A stretch of DNA of 64,000 bases, taken from Tricharina praecox. Its lineage: Eukaryota. The stretch covers positions 868,001 to 932,000 of the forward strand of contig NW_026250409.1 in NCBI RefSeq assembly GCF_024521635.1, written 5' to 3'. Made by a program: the position numbers and the translations under genes. Each line of letters starts with the position of its first letter. Position 1 is the first letter of the stretch. Below are positions 25,741 to 39,363 of this stretch, one piece after another. The notes under the pieces are model-generated. The model ran no database searches. It saw only the letters and a program-made list of their open reading frames with translations, and was not told the DNA's origin.

Positions 25741-26934
25741 ATGTCTGCAACCCCGACGAACGACGGTATGTGTACCCCCGCCCGCGGCCGCCCAGCTTGC
25801 CGCCCGCGTGACCGAAGAAGCCCACCGCCCATCTGAACGAAGAACCCCTCGGTTCCGTGAATAGATCATGACGGCTCCGCGAGTACATCCCTCCTGTCGC
25901 CGGCAGCCGCTACTGCATACTCCATCCTCTACACGCTGCTCTACGTGGGCGTCATCTATCTCAGCCCCATCACCCGTCCCCGTCGAGGACTGGATCGTAG
26001 CAGCACCTTCGTGATCCAGGCACGCGTGCGTGGCGTAACCGTCGTCACCATGCTGTGTGTGGCCATCACCTCGGCCGTCGTGCATTACTCGCGCTCGCCG
26101 AGCTCGTGGTGGAGCACCCTCGAGTTCATGGCCATCGCACATATCACGCCCCGGACCGCGTGGGATATCCTCAAGGCGCTGCTCCTCACCGCCGTGTTGT
26201 TCCTCGGTCCGATGCTGGAGCAGATTTGCACTGGGAGTGTGGGTACGGGTGAAGGATTTGCGAACGGGAGGCTCACTTGGATTGGATGGAGGAACTATGT
26301 CGTCGTATGTCATCCTCCTCCTCCTCCTCCTCATCCTCCTCCTCCGCTCCTGCATAGTCCTATGAACTTCTATGCATCGTGCGGTGGTAAATGCAGTGGT
26401 AGGGGATGATATTTAACCGGTGGTGTTCATAGGCGCCGCTCACGGAAGAGATTGTATTCCGTGCCTGCATGGTTCCGCTGTACCTAATTGCCGGGGTGTC
26501 ACCCAGTGCGATAGTATTTTTAACACCCTTGGTCTTCGGTATCGGTAAGAGAATTCTGTCCCCGTCTGAGCTCTTGAAACGAATGAACGGGCGGCTGAGA
26601 AATATTTACAGCACACTTCCATCACGCCTACGAATACCTCCTGAACTTCCCCGGACACTACAAGATAGCGATGCTGAGCTCAATCCCTCAGTTCATGTAC
26701 ACAACGTTGTTCGGATGGTTCGCCGTCTTCGTCATGATGCGCACGGGATCGGTGTGGGCGGCGGTCGTGGTTCATACGTACTGCAACTACATGGGCCTGC
26801 CGAGCCTGACGGTCGATGGGCCGAGAGGAGTGTTGCTGGCGTACTGGGTGTCGTTGGTGGGTGGCGCCTGGGGATTCTACAGGTTGTTCTGGACGATGAC
26901 GGAGTCCCCCAATGCCATGGCCGTTTTCACGTAG
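25741..26934 (+). CDS. RCE1: CAAX prenyl protease 2 (Rce1, Abi/CPBP family), spliced
   Basis: YTLLYVGVIYL, LLLTAVLFLGP, WIGWRNYVVAPLTEEIVFRACM, TPLVFGIAHFHH, QFMYTTLFGWF, RTGSVWAAVVVHTYCNYMGLP. First exon MSATPTND at 25741 is inferred. Confidence 0.94.
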
Positions 26935-27152
26935 GGACAAAAGAACGCGCCGGCTTCGATAGTAGGCGGCGAGTTCTTTTGTTTCCCTCCTCAGTACGTA
27001 TGTCTGTCCGTCCGTCCGACCATCCTATTTACGGCGCAAGAGACATCATACGTACATCATCATATATATACCCAGGATTCGTTTTTGCGAAGAGTGAAAT
27101 AACCAAACGCCGTGTGCTATGAACCGAGAAACAAAACATCCGTCTGTCTGTC

Positions 27153-28405
27153 TCAAGTCGACTTCGCCATCACGAACAGTTTCGGGTTCATGTTGATCTT
27201 GCAAAGCCTTGCGACGCACCCCTTGAGCTGCAGCAGGGTGGAAACGCCTTCCAGGATGCGCATGTGCGTGAATCCGATTTCCTGCGGCACATTAGGTTCC
27301 GATGGAGCGTAACACAAGTGACGAGTAAACCAAACGCACCTTGATGAACTCCAGCTTCGAGTGTTCGCTGAGCGTATCGACCGTCTTCGTGACCCGAAAC
27401 ATGGTACTGATCACATCCACGGCCGAATACCCCTTACTCCACAGCTCCTCGAGCTTCTCCAGCGCGGCATCAATGCGGCCCTCGTAGCACGCCTTGATCA
27501 TCGTCTGGACGGCGATCGGGTGGGGCGTATCCACGACCTTGAAGACATTATCACCATTGACGAACCCGAAGCCCGCGACGGTGCTCTGGAGGTTATTGAT
27601 AGCCTGGCGCATGTCGCCCTCGGCGGTGAAGATGAGCGCCGCAATCCCTTCCTCGCTGTACTCGATCGCCTCCGCCTCAATGATCTCCATGAGCCGCTTC
27701 ACGACCTGCTGGTCCGACAGCCGCGAGTACCGCAGGATCGCGCAGCGCGACTGCAGCGGCTCGATTATCTTGTTGCTCTGGTTGCACGCGAACGCGAACC
27801 GCGTCGTCGACGAGTAGATCTCCATTGTCCGCCGCAGGGCCTGCTGTGCGCCTGCCGTCATACTACCCGCAATCCCATTAGCACCCAATCCCATCCCATC
27901 TCACATCGCCGTGTAGAGGACAGACCTATCCGCCTCATCGAGAATAATGATCTTCTGCCTCCCAGGCGGCAGCGTGACCTTCTTCTGCGCAAACCCCTTG
28001 ATCCGGTTGCGCACGACATCAATCCCCCTCTCGTCGGACGCATTCAGCTCCAGCACGGCCTCCTTATAGGCCTCGCCGAGGAGCGCACGCGCCAGACACA
28101 GCACCGAGGTAGTTTTCCTTCGCCCCACCACTTATCAGCCTCCCAGCTCCCCCCCGCACCCCCCCTCATTTTCTTGGACCAGAGACTCACCCAATCCCGG
28201 GCATGCCCGAAATAATCACGTGCGGCATATTCCCGTCCTTCGCGATAATCTTGAGCCGCTCGATCGTCTCCTCGTTGCCCACGATGTCGTCGAGGAACTG
28301 CGGCCGGTACTTCTCCACCCATGGCAGCTCGTACGAGGTCTTGTCGGATGACGGCGCGCCAGTCGGCGCGGGCTTGCTGCTGGAGGCGATGGTTGGGGGG
28401 GGCAT
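27153..28405 (-). CDS. RFC4: Replication factor C small subunit (yeast Rfc4 / human RFC2), spliced
   Basis: [21 protein letters not shown] (Walker A), [64 protein letters not shown]. Confidence 0.97.
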
Positions 28406-28479
28406 TGCGTTGGCGTTGTGCAGTGGGAGGTGGGAGGTGAGGGTGGCGGGTGGTGAGGGTGGTGAGGGTGGTGAGGGTT

Positions 28480-28517
28480 CGCGTCGCGTGTACTCTACGA
28501 GGGGATGAAAGACGCGT
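28480..28517. promoter_or_regulatory. MCB-like (MBF, G1/S) elements upstream of RFC4
   Basis: CGCGTCGCGT at 28480-28489 and ACGCGT at 28512-28517, 75-110 bp upstream of a DNA-replication gene. Confidence 0.55.
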
Positions 28518-29523
28518 TTGAGCTAGCAGTGAGGCTGCTGGGAAGGCGCGCTGGGCCGCTGGGGCAGTGCAACAGTTACATAACTAACGTGGTGGGCATG
28601 GCGCTCTGTAGGCTGGAGAAAGACGGGACGACGTCTTACTCACAGTGGCGTCTAACACACGCGAGGACCAACTACATCTAACTATTCCGAAGTCGTACTT
28701 TGCCGGACCGGCCAGACGTCTGCTCTCCGCAGCGATTCGAAACCGGCCGTGTTTTTTCCGAGTCTTGATATTTACTGTTCCTTATGTTTTTCCCTATGAA
28801 TCTAGCATTTCACAACCTGCGATTGTGGATCTCGGGACTCGGCAAGCCGGACTACTGGCAAGTTGTATGTAGCATACATGTTATGGTGAGACATCCACAG
28901 AGTCACAGACGTCGGCCGAGACTTCAGTCGCAATCTTTCAGGCATAGACATGACTATGATACCTATCCCCTCTCTCCAAGGTTCTCCTGCAAACAGTACG
29001 GCCTTCCTCCCCCTCCCCCTCCATTCATGTATGGCCACGAGTGACAGTAATGTCACAGTATGCCAGTGTGTATCAGCAACGACCGGAATCGGCACGCTGT
29101 ACACCCCACGCCGCACCCTGGTCTCTACGCGTTTGGCACCGGATTACCGTTGTCGTGCAGCGGCGGCGGCGGCGGCAGTGGTGGTGGTGGTGGTGGTGGT
29201 AATGGTCGTGGGGATCCAAGATCTCTGTGCGGCTCGGGAGGGGGAGCGATAACCGTGGTGGCATATCAATATCATATACTCCGTGGTAACGGACGATCTG
29301 ACGCAACCGAAGATTATGTACTCTATGATACTCGCACTTCCCTACCTATGATATCTATGGTATTTATCTAGGTAGAGATGCAGCGTACGCGTCGTCCTCA
29401 CCGGAAATCACGGACTTCCTCAAGATGCTGCTGCTGGTTGGGGGGAGCCCGGGGGGAGCCAAACGGGAGATGACCGGCAAATTACACGTGCTCTAGAGTA
29501 CCTATGGATGTATGGATGCGGAC

Positions 29524-29572
29524 ATGGGAGAAGTGGTATCTATGGGAGAAGTGGTATCTATGGGAGAAGTGG
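29524..29572. repeat. 18-bp tandem repeat (ATGGGAGAAGTGGTATCT), about 2.7 copies
   Basis: Directly visible. Confidence 0.85.
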
Positions 29573-30434
29573 CATGGAATGACATGACAGCTGGCGAATT
29601 GGAATTGGACGGGGCCGAACAGCGGAAGAGCCACTGTGCATTCTGTGGCAGAGGCGGTTCCGGATAATCAGCGCAGTGGATACGGTACATGATGGCGATG
29701 TGGTCGCGAGGATGACAAGGCTCTAGTTAGCTAGAGACAGAGCTCCTCCAGCAGTAGTGAGCTGGGGCGCGAAAGCTTGTGCCCATGGTATGTATTACTT
29801 TCTAGGCGAAGAGCGGGATACCGGTACGGGAGGGGTTGTTGCCTCGTATGTAGCGGCGGAAACCAGAAAAAATAAAATCCCCGGGGAAAGCAGACTGTGG
29901 TTTCCGGAAAGCGGCACCCAAGGCATGCAAGGAACCGTATCACGCTGCGGTTAGGAGGGTGGGAGGTGGTCGTTGGAGTACGTCACCCAAACATTTCAAT
30001 TTTTTGCTTGCGTAACTTCGATGGGTGCCGGTTAACGAAGCTTAAAGGAATTATTTGTAGCCACCACCTGCGTTGAAAGGCGAATGTAACTCCCAAAATC
30101 CTGCCAGTACATACTTCCGAGTACTGTACATTCCTGCTCTGCCTGCTCTACTTCCTTCCCGATCCACCGACTGACATATCCCATCCCTCCATCCTTCTCC
30201 TTGTTCTCCGATCCCGCTTCCCTATTCACCCTGCTGCACTCCGAGTAGCCTAGCCTGAGCTCTCTCTCAGTCTCGTATCCGCCTTTATTATCCCTCTCCA
30301 CTCTCTCTAACCTTCAAAACCCAAACACGCGGCCGGTCGGACTGGACAGACCGACAAACGGACGGAGAGACGCTGCTCGCATCGGGTGTGAAACTTTCGG
30401 ATTGCGCTTCGGAGAGACCGTTGCCAGCGCCTAA

Positions 30435-32212
30435 ATGAAGTACACTTCGTTCCTGGCATGCTCGGTGTTATTGGCCTTCAAGAGCCTAGTTGCCGACGTC
30501 GTCAGTGCTGCCGATACTACACCAGCAGCTCTCCCGCCAGCAAGAAGCAATACCAGACCTCGCTCCTTCAAGTTCGAGAAGGTCAACAACAATCCGCTGA
30601 ATCTCCCCCGACGGCTAAGGCCGAGGAAACGGGCGGATACTGTGTTGCAGCGGCTGGATAATCAGGTATGCAGCAGGACGGCACCTCCGCTATCCGGATT
30701 GCGATCAAGAAGTTGTGCTGATGGGCGACTGTGTGTGCTAGGATTTCCTGTACTATGCGGATGTTAAACTGGGCACTCCGGGCCAGTCGCTGAGGCTACA
30801 GTGAGTTACTGCTCATTTCCGTGTTTATGCGAGTGCTTGCTCATGATACGTCGCAGTCTCGATACTGGATCTTCGGACATCTGGGTGGAGAGTGCGGAGT
30901 CGGAGCTGTGTCAACAATCGGATGATCCATGTAGCATCACCGGCACCTTCGACACGGACAAGTCGTCGACGTATAAGAGAGTGTCGGGCGACTTCCAGAT
31001 CTCGTATGTGGACGGCGAATATGCGCAGGGCGACTATGCGAAGGATGTGTTTCACTTGGGTGATGGGACTAGTGTGACGGGCGTCCAGTTTGGCATCGGA
31101 CTGGAGTCGACTTCTACCGAAGGCATCATGGGTATTGGGTTCGAGCAGAACGAGGTCCAGGTCCAGAGACTCGGAAAGGATCCGTATCCCGGTCTGGCGA
31201 ATCTCATGGTGCAGCAAGGCTTCATCAAGTCCCAGGCCTACAGCCTATGGCTTAACGATCTCGGTATGACGTGCTCTGCGCATAGGTTTTTAGCTGTTCT
31301 AACCGCCGTGATAGATTCCGACGAAGGCCAGATCCTGTTCGGCGGTGTGGATACTGCGAAGTTCCGGGGAAATCTCACAACCATTCCTGTGGATAAACGG
31401 ACGGGCGCCACCAAAGCGAGGGAATTCATGATTACACTCACCGCGGTCGGCCTCACGAACGCAGACGGCAAGCAGGCCACCCTCACCGCGAGCGATTTTG
31501 CTATCCCGGTTCTGCTCGACACCGGCACGACCTACACATACCTGCCCACCGATCTTTGGAAGGAGCTGTGCAACCAAGTTGGAGCGCAGGTTGCCGACAG
31601 GACTGGGGTTCCGATTGTGCCTTGTAACATCCGCGACTACAATGGTACCGTGGACTACAGCTTTTCGGGGGCGGTCATCAACGTTGCCATCAATGAGCTC
31701 GTTGTGGATGCGTTTTCGTATGATGGCAGTCCTGCCGCGTTCAGTGATGGCACTCCGCTGTGTTACTTTGGCGTGTTGGACGCTGGATCGGACAACAACG
31801 TACTCGTATGTTTCCCCATGCGTGGACCATATCCCACCAGCATTGCGTGAGAACTAATGACTCGCAGGGCGATACCTTCCTCCGATCAGCCTACATCGTG
31901 TTCGATCTCGATAACGAAGAAATCAGCATCGGCAAGGCCCTCTTCAACGTCACCGACTCCAACATTGTCGAAATCGGCACAGGCACGAACCCGGTCCCCG
32001 ACGCCACCGGGGCAGCCAGTGCCGTTACCGTCGCACCAACCGGCACCGGCGGTGGACGGAGCGGAGGCTTGCCTTACGTTTCGGGGGCCATCACCAATAC
32101 CGCCCCGAGTGCAACAGCGACGAAGAAGTCCGCTGCAAGCTCGTATCGATTTACTTGGGCTACCCTCACTCTTAGTCTAGCGCTCATGCTTTCCGGTATC
32201 GTCTACTGTTGA
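30435..32212 (+). CDS. Secreted, probably GPI-anchored pepsin-family (A1) aspartic protease, yapsin/OpsB-like, spliced
   Basis: Signal peptide, propeptide ending RKR, YYADVKLGTPGQ, catalytic LDTGSSD and LLDTGTT, GIMGIG, LFGGVDTAKF, LGDTFLRSAYIVFDL, S/T-rich stalk and hydrophobic C-terminal GPI-type signal. Confidence 0.93.
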
Positions 32213-35172
32213 GATATATCTATCTTGGCGGTGTGAGGGCGGGCGTCGCGAATTGCGAATTGTGAATATGATTCTGTAACGGTAAATTCGGCGCATTGGG
32301 TGGCTGTCACTGTGGCTGGCTGGCCAGTTTTTTCCCTTTTCCTTCCCATAGAGCCGTTTCTCACTCTATTGTGCATACGAGATGGAGTTTGTTTATTGGG
32401 TGGGGGTTTTACTTAATGGACTTGCTTCGGGAGGTGATTCGTGATGGGCCAATAGATGGGGCTTCCTTTTTTTAAGGAATTATTGGGCGCGAGGGATGAG
32501 GGATGAGGGATGAGGGACGATGACGGGCGATGGACGATGGACGTTGGACGATGCATGTGTATAACTGCTGGGAAGTAGTTTAGAGTACAAACATACGTAA
32601 TAATGAATTTTTTCATTACCGGGCAGGGTGCGAGAGGTTTTGGGTTTGCGGATTTGCGGATGCTGGTAGGCGGATCCGTAGGGAGAAGGGATGTCCGGAG
32701 GGATTATCCACCCCCGGCGGGGAGATAAAACTTGACCAGTACTTGGTACCCTACATACGATAAGCACTTAATCTTGACATTGGCTGACCACTGTTGCCCG
32801 ACTGCTGCTTTGATAGCCTTGCAATTAGGTACCGTATTTACTCCTGTGGGTGGTGATGCGTGGTGGTGCGTGCTGTTGCTGTTGTTGTGCGGACGATCAT
32901 GTTTATCACTCGTTCGATTTGGTACTCCGACACCTGCCAAATCCTGTTGCACGGTGAAGGTTGTAGAGTATGGTCATGATCTAGATATCACAGTCTAATG
33001 CTATGATGATTTAAACAAAAAACAAAAGGCTGTGTGCGAGATAAAACCGCCTCCCCCCCTTCTCCAGCGACAATATGGATGGGTAGGGTAGATCCCCCGC
33101 GCCGACGAACCGAAAGCGAAGAAGTCTGGACCACCCACCGGCCGCTCCACCCCACCGGCCCAGCCCACCCCCGAGCCCCCCTCCCCGGGAAATTATAAGT
33201 GGGAAAAAAAGAAAAGGGCTGGGCTTAATTAACTATGACGAAAAGAAGAGAGAAAACTTTTTTCCGGCTCTCTGTGCGGCGTGGAAGGATGATTCGTTGC
33301 TGATAACGGGTGGAGGAGGAGAAGGAGGTGGTGGTGGAGGGGAGGAGGACGGTTTGGGGACGAATCGTGGGTCTGCATAGGACGCGTGCAACGTGCGTGC
33401 CTGTAGATCACGGTTGCGGCGGGGTGTGGCTGGATGGCTGGTTGGAGAGTAGCGGGTGGGTGGGTAAGAAGTGGTAGAAGTAGGTGTGCTTGGGGATAGA
33501 AAAGATACCGTACTTCACGGAGGATGAACAAGTATGAGGTACTTGGGTACTTGGGTACCCAGGGCATGTGCCAATATGTTGTACCCCCGTCCCCCGCCCC
33601 CCGCCCCCCGCGCCCACAAGACCCTGCCGTGACCGAATAGACGGTTGCGGCAGCAGCAGCAGCAGCAGCAGCGATCGATGCAGTTGGCGTTGGACAGCAC
33701 AGGTCGGATATCGAAATGATCGAGGAAATGGTCATGCTGCAGCGGGAGCCTGCATCAGTCAAGTCAAGTCAAGTCGAGATATCTACCTGCGAGTCTGCGA
33801 CATGCCCAGTCCATGCGCGCTTCGAAGAGTCTTAGCGCCTGGGGGTGCGGAATAGGCGGGCTTTGTGGGGTGGGCCCGGTGGGGGAGGTGGGGAAGGCTC
33901 AACGGTCCCTCCCTCACACTCCCCATACATATGCAGAAGCAGCACTCACGATCGCTGCCGCACTGAAGTTGCTTGGAGAGGTTGGAGCTGAGTGGGGACG
34001 AGCCTCGAAAATATGTTTTGTAAGCATTGGTGACGATGCCGTTGCTCGTCAGCTCGGTTCGCTTGGAACTCTGCTCGTAGTCAAGAACTCTAAGAATCCC
34101 ACATGACATGCTTCTTTGGATCCATCGGGGGGTTCTCTTTGTTTGATCGTTGTTGTATTCGACCTTATTCCTGAATCCAGAGAGAGTGTGAGAGCCGAGT
34201 GCTCTCTCATGTCTCTCGGTACCTGAATGGCCGGCCAGATGCAAGCCACTAGAGGAGCACCAAGTTACTCCAGAGTGGGCGCCGACGCATGTTCCGCTCT
34301 CCTCGCTCCCCCATTGAGTAAGTGGATAACCCCCATCCGCCTTAGATTCTGATGCACGCATCCCGATGTTTCGTACTCTAAAGGACACCCTTGCAATCTG
34401 TGACGCAATCAACGCAACCAACGAAAGTGCACAAACGGTTCACACCATCATCCCATCCATCCATCCACCCAAAGAGAAAGCTCAGCTATTGTTCGTTTCG
34501 TTCGCTTCCTAACTATGATGTGCCTAAGTGCTAGTACTTGCTCAATAGCTACTTCCGCCCGCTGCCGTAACCCACCCCAACTCGCCATTCCCCCCGCTCT
34601 CTTCTCATCCTCTTCTCAAAAACCCTTTCCCGTCCTTGCAATCCACTTTCCACATCACACCCCCCCCAACGGCCGCCAATACTACCAACACGCCCGGGAA
34701 ACAAACGGAACAGAGAAACCCAAACACGCCCACCCACAAGTTCGGCCACTACACCGAAGAGAACACACCCCAATCCACCCACCCTCCTGATCAGCACCCG
34801 CTCCGACGGAAAGACAACCCCCCAAATCTTAGAGTAATCAAGAAGCGGAACCCTCGAACTCCGCCCCACTCCCTCCACGTACGTATCATACAGCGAACAC
34901 CCCCGGACGCAGTCGCCAACGGCCCCCACCAACCAATCATTACTTTCCCCAATTGCGGCGTTTTCGGAGGCTGTAAGACGACCCAGTTTCACCCTTGCCC
35001 TTCTATGGAAGATCAGTGATCGGCAAGCTTCGTTGAGACTTACCTATTTCAATACCTGTGTGCGCTCTCTGCTTTCTCTGAGCGCGTCGCTACATTTCAC
35101 ACAAGCCTCATGAACTGCTAGTCAAGCCCTCGACAGAACACACAACTGACCGACCAACTGTCGTGACAAGCG

Positions 35173-38100
35173 ATGAGACCCGATCGGCTCAAGCGAATTG
35201 ATAGCGACGACGGCAACAACCACAACAACCATAACGACAGCGATCATATGGCGACCAGAAATGAAGACTCTAGTACCGGAAGGCGGAAAAGCTTTGGCTT
35301 CTTCTCGCGCCCTACCATACTCGCCGATTCGGACGCATCGCAATCGCAATCGCCGTGGACGAACGATGACGGAACGATCAGCTCGCCCATCAAATCCCGC
35401 CCGAAATCGCTGTTCGGAGGTGCGAACGGTCTTACGGAGGTGGCGACCATCGTATCCAGCAGGAAGGTCCTGAGCAAGACCTCGACTCAGCGACCGAAAT
35501 CAGTGTTCGGATCGCTCAAGGCGCGGGATTCAACCAGTGTGGTGGTCACCTCGTCCGCCAGCTCGTCACTGGAGGAGTCGTCGATGTCGGAAGGCCAGCG
35601 GGGTGTGCTTCCGCCGAGCAGCGTCATTGTGCAGTCGGGAGAGGTAGTGACGGGCGGCGGACTCCTCCGAAAGAAGCGAGATTACCTGGTCTTGACCAAC
35701 CGCGAACTCGTCAAATACAAATCGGAAGCCAAAGCGCTTGAGGCATTCTACGGGAAAGATTTTAACGGTGGTAACAAAGGTAGGGCTTCATCGGTCGGAT
35801 CCGCCGTCGCCAACGCGAGCGAACACACTTTTATCACAATGATGAATCAAGTCATTGCCGTCTATTGCCCTAGCCTAGACCACGAACATGGAAACACCGT
35901 GCAGCTTGACTACATCGACGGGTCGTCGGGACAGCCATCCTCGACTACTTTTACCACAGCTAGTCAAGCGGAAGCGCGGTCTTGGACGGATAGGCTTAGA
36001 GCAGTGACGGCACAGACGCGAGCTTGCTCTCCGCCTCTCGTGTATCCTGATACGACCGTGGAGCATATTGCTCGGCGTCTGGAAGCTGAGAAGGACTACT
36101 CGCCCATGCACTTTCAGGTATACAGAGTAGTTCAGAGATCTGGAAAGTCCGGTAATAAATCTACTGAAGACCTACAAAAGATATATTCAACCATGTGCTA
36201 TCTCGCGATTGGTATCCACAAAGTCCACCTTGTGCCTCTGAGGTCTGCCACAAACAAAAGCACAGTCTCTTCACCATCCCCGACACCGACCATATCTTTT
36301 GGAATTCTGAGTCTTTTTGGACTGTGGATATCTAGCACTGATGATTGCTTCTCCCTTACCTTCCGGTATGTGACAGTGATGGTGATGGTAGAGGAAATAG
36401 CCGCAGTGGGAGAGGATGAAGAGGGGGGAGAATGGGATGGTGGTAGTGTTGGTGGTGGCGGCGGTGGCGGTGGACGCTTACTGCTTTTTTGTGAAGATAT
36501 AGCTAACGGGTTGCAGAACACCATGTCGACACCCGCACAAGCTCAGTCTCGCATCTGCAGATGCACCCGAGATCATTCAAGCCGTACGACAAGCTGTCGA
36601 ATACCTGCGGCCAATGTGGCAGATCCAGCCGTACTCGATCAACATTCCGGAGACCATGAAGGATGAAGCACTACCGGACATTCCACCCACGCCCGGAGAT
36701 GACCTGAACGGATTCGATAGGACGTTGGCAGCATACTGCACAGCATACGAGATCGATGCGTCGAATATCGTTTACACCGTGGCGACGGATGTCGAGGACG
36801 CACCGCGGTTTCAGTTGTACCCTCCGGCACATCCGCGACGACGAAGTTACACTGATCTAGAGCTGCTGGCGGTTCTGCGGACGTTACGGTGGAATGACGC
36901 GTTTTGCTCGATATCCTTCCGGGGAATATCCTTGGATCCGTTGACGCGAGTGTACGATGTCCACGGATCGGAATACGAGCCGAGTGTGGAGCGTTCAGGA
37001 CGGAAAATCAATCTGAAGGTGGCCTCGCAGGGAGCCAAAACCTTGCTCGTACACGAACTCCGCGCACTTGCACTGTACTGTGGCAAGTTGAGGCGGATGG
37101 ACTTTCACGAAAGCATCAGGAAGGAGGATGTCAATGGCGGTTCCAATTCACCTATCGAACCGACCAGTGATCGCGCTTGCCCTATCGTGGTAAGCCCGAC
37201 GAAAGAACATTTTGTTCTCTGTTTGAGTTCAGCCTAACCAAGTCAACAGGAGGCTATCATGCCGCTGTGTCGGCGAGGCTTGACCAATGTCGATTGGTTC
37301 AACCTGACGGGGATCGAGTTGGGAGAAGCGGATTTGGATTGGCTTGGTGGGTAGCTTCAACTCCTCATGCGTGTGTTAAGCTGACGGAAATTGTGTTTTT
37401 GCAGTTGATGCTGCAGCATCGAGGCTGGCGCATTTCCGTGGGTTCGAGCTTGCTCGTTGCGGGCTCACGGAAAGAATGCTTACGCTCTTCTTGAACGCCT
37501 TGAGCACCCATGAGAACACACTCGAGGCACTTGATATCTGTGGGAACCCGTGTAGGATGCACGCTCCTACTCTCAACAACGCCATGACATACTTCCCATT
37601 CCTCAGGAAACTCAATCTTTCCCGGCTCCTGAGGACGTCGGGAGACGATCCGGTCTTGACAGCGGAGACTTTGCATAGATGGCGCTTGGAGGATCTGGAT
37701 CTTAGGTGTGTTGCAAATCCCATGGTTGGCTGACGGTCGGAGTTAATGCGACGCAGTGAAACAAAGCTCAATGCCGAAACGGTAGAAGCCATTGCCACAT
37801 ACTTAGCAAGCCCGCAATCAGATGCATTGCGCCATCTGGCACTCTTACAGTGTGGCTTGACGGCTCGAGATGTAGCGCTGTTGATGCATTCCATGGAACG
37901 AGAAAAGGGCAAAGCGCGAAACCTGCATCTCTACGTCGGCTCTAGCTCTTTGGCCCACGATTCGCAGGATTTCATCGATTGCATATCGCAAGGCCGAACA
38001 CCGTCACACCTGACGATGCGGATGGTGGATTACCCGAAGGAAGAGCCATTCCAGGAATTCATACGCGCGCTTACCGTCAACAACACGATCGTCTACTTGG

Positions 38101-38949
38101 ACATGGGCAAGATCTCGCTGCCGTACGAAGCGGGAGAGAAGACGTCGGCATTGCTGGGGAAGTTGTTTGCTGAGAACACGACGTTGAGGGAATTGGACAT
38201 CTCTGGAGAACAGGCTGTTCTTGAGAGTGCGAGTTTAGGAGCGGGACTCCTGAACGCGCTTAGCCGCCTCGCGGAGAATAAGACGTTGGAGATCTTGAGG
38301 ATCGAACGTATGTGGTCACTCTTTGTTGGTGGTGGTGATGGCGGTTACTGCGTTTACTGACCATGTGATAGTGCAATCACTCGGCACCCCCGGCGCCATG
38401 GAGCTGGCATCCATGCTCCCCAAAAACACCACCCTCCGCGAGCTCCACTGCGATATGAACGACATCCACCTGCAAGGCTTCACCGCGATGGTCAACGCCA
38501 TCGAGCACAACCACACGCTCCTCTACCTCCCTCGCATGGATCGCGACCGCATGGACCAGATGCGCCTTCTAAAAGAAAAACTCTGCCAACCCGCCATCCC
38601 AGACAACTGGGACCACCGCACCCCCCACCCCCTCACAAGCGCGCCCTCACAACCCCCCGAAAAGGAAAAGAAAAAATCAAGCTTCCGCAAGGCCTCGCGC
38701 ACAAAGAAGGTATCCTTTTCGGAGGAGGACGCACTCATGGCTGTCGGCGTGGAGCAGAATCTGAAGCTCCTGGAGGAGAAGTGGGAAAGCGAGGCGGCAA
38801 GACTGCAGAGGTTCCTGGCCAGGAATATGAATCTGCGACTGCAGACGCTGAAGGGCGGGGTCGCACGATTACCGGCCAAGCGTTCCGGCGTGCACTCGGC
38901 GGGCTCGATCAGTAGCATGGCATTGCTGTGGGGGGTCGATGGAAGGTAG
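35173..38949 (+). CDS. PH-like domain plus RNI-like leucine-rich repeat protein (CARMIL-like architecture); five introns
   Basis: Ser-rich N-terminus, PH-like segment (LRKKRDYLVLTNRELVKYKS...EARSWTDRL), then LRRs (NTLEALDICGN, LRKLNLS, NTTLRELDISG, NKTLEILRIE, NTTLRELHCDMNDI). The frame is continuous after removing GT-AG introns. Confidence 0.85.
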
Positions 38950-39281
38950 CTGCTGCTACTTAGATGGTGATATCCTTATTTTGAATCGGTTGGCGTTTGG
39001 GTCTTTTTTGCTGTGTATTAGTTACGTTACTGGGGGGGTTCTCTTCTATTTAAGTACTGTTTGGGAGACGCGAGCACACGGATTTGGGTGAAATAAATTT
39101 TGATGTAGATGATGTGGGAAATGCCTTGTGGAAGAGAGCCGATGTGAATGCCTACGCCGTCTGGTAAGAGTTGTGGTAGATGGCGCCCAAGCTGGACATA
39201 CGTGCCAGGCACCATCCACAAGAAACAACTTCTACATAAATATTGCTTCACGAAAATTGATATGCAAGATTACCCATACAA

Positions 39282-39363
39282 GGTGTTCTGGCCGAGTGGT
39301 CTAAGGCGCTAGCTTCAGGTGCTAGTGGAGCAATCCGCGCAGGTTCGAATCCTGCGGACATCA
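39282..39363 (+). tRNA. tRNA-Leu(CAG), intronless, copy 2
   Basis: Identical 82-nt sequence to copy 1, followed by a TTTTTT Pol III terminator. Confidence 0.96.

Noticed and set aside
39309..39325. Reading the anticodon loop as TCA (selenocysteine or opal suppressor tRNA)
   Set aside because: The stem CTAGC/GCTAG fixes a 7-nt loop TTCAGGT with CAG centred. Length and arms are those of a normal Leu tRNA.
39282..39363. tRNA(CAG) as evidence for CUG codon reassignment (Ser or Ala)
   Set aside because: The tRNA has Leu identity features (A73, G37, U33, Leu-type D arm), and CTG encodes conserved Leu in genes here (for example KLD in calcineurin B).
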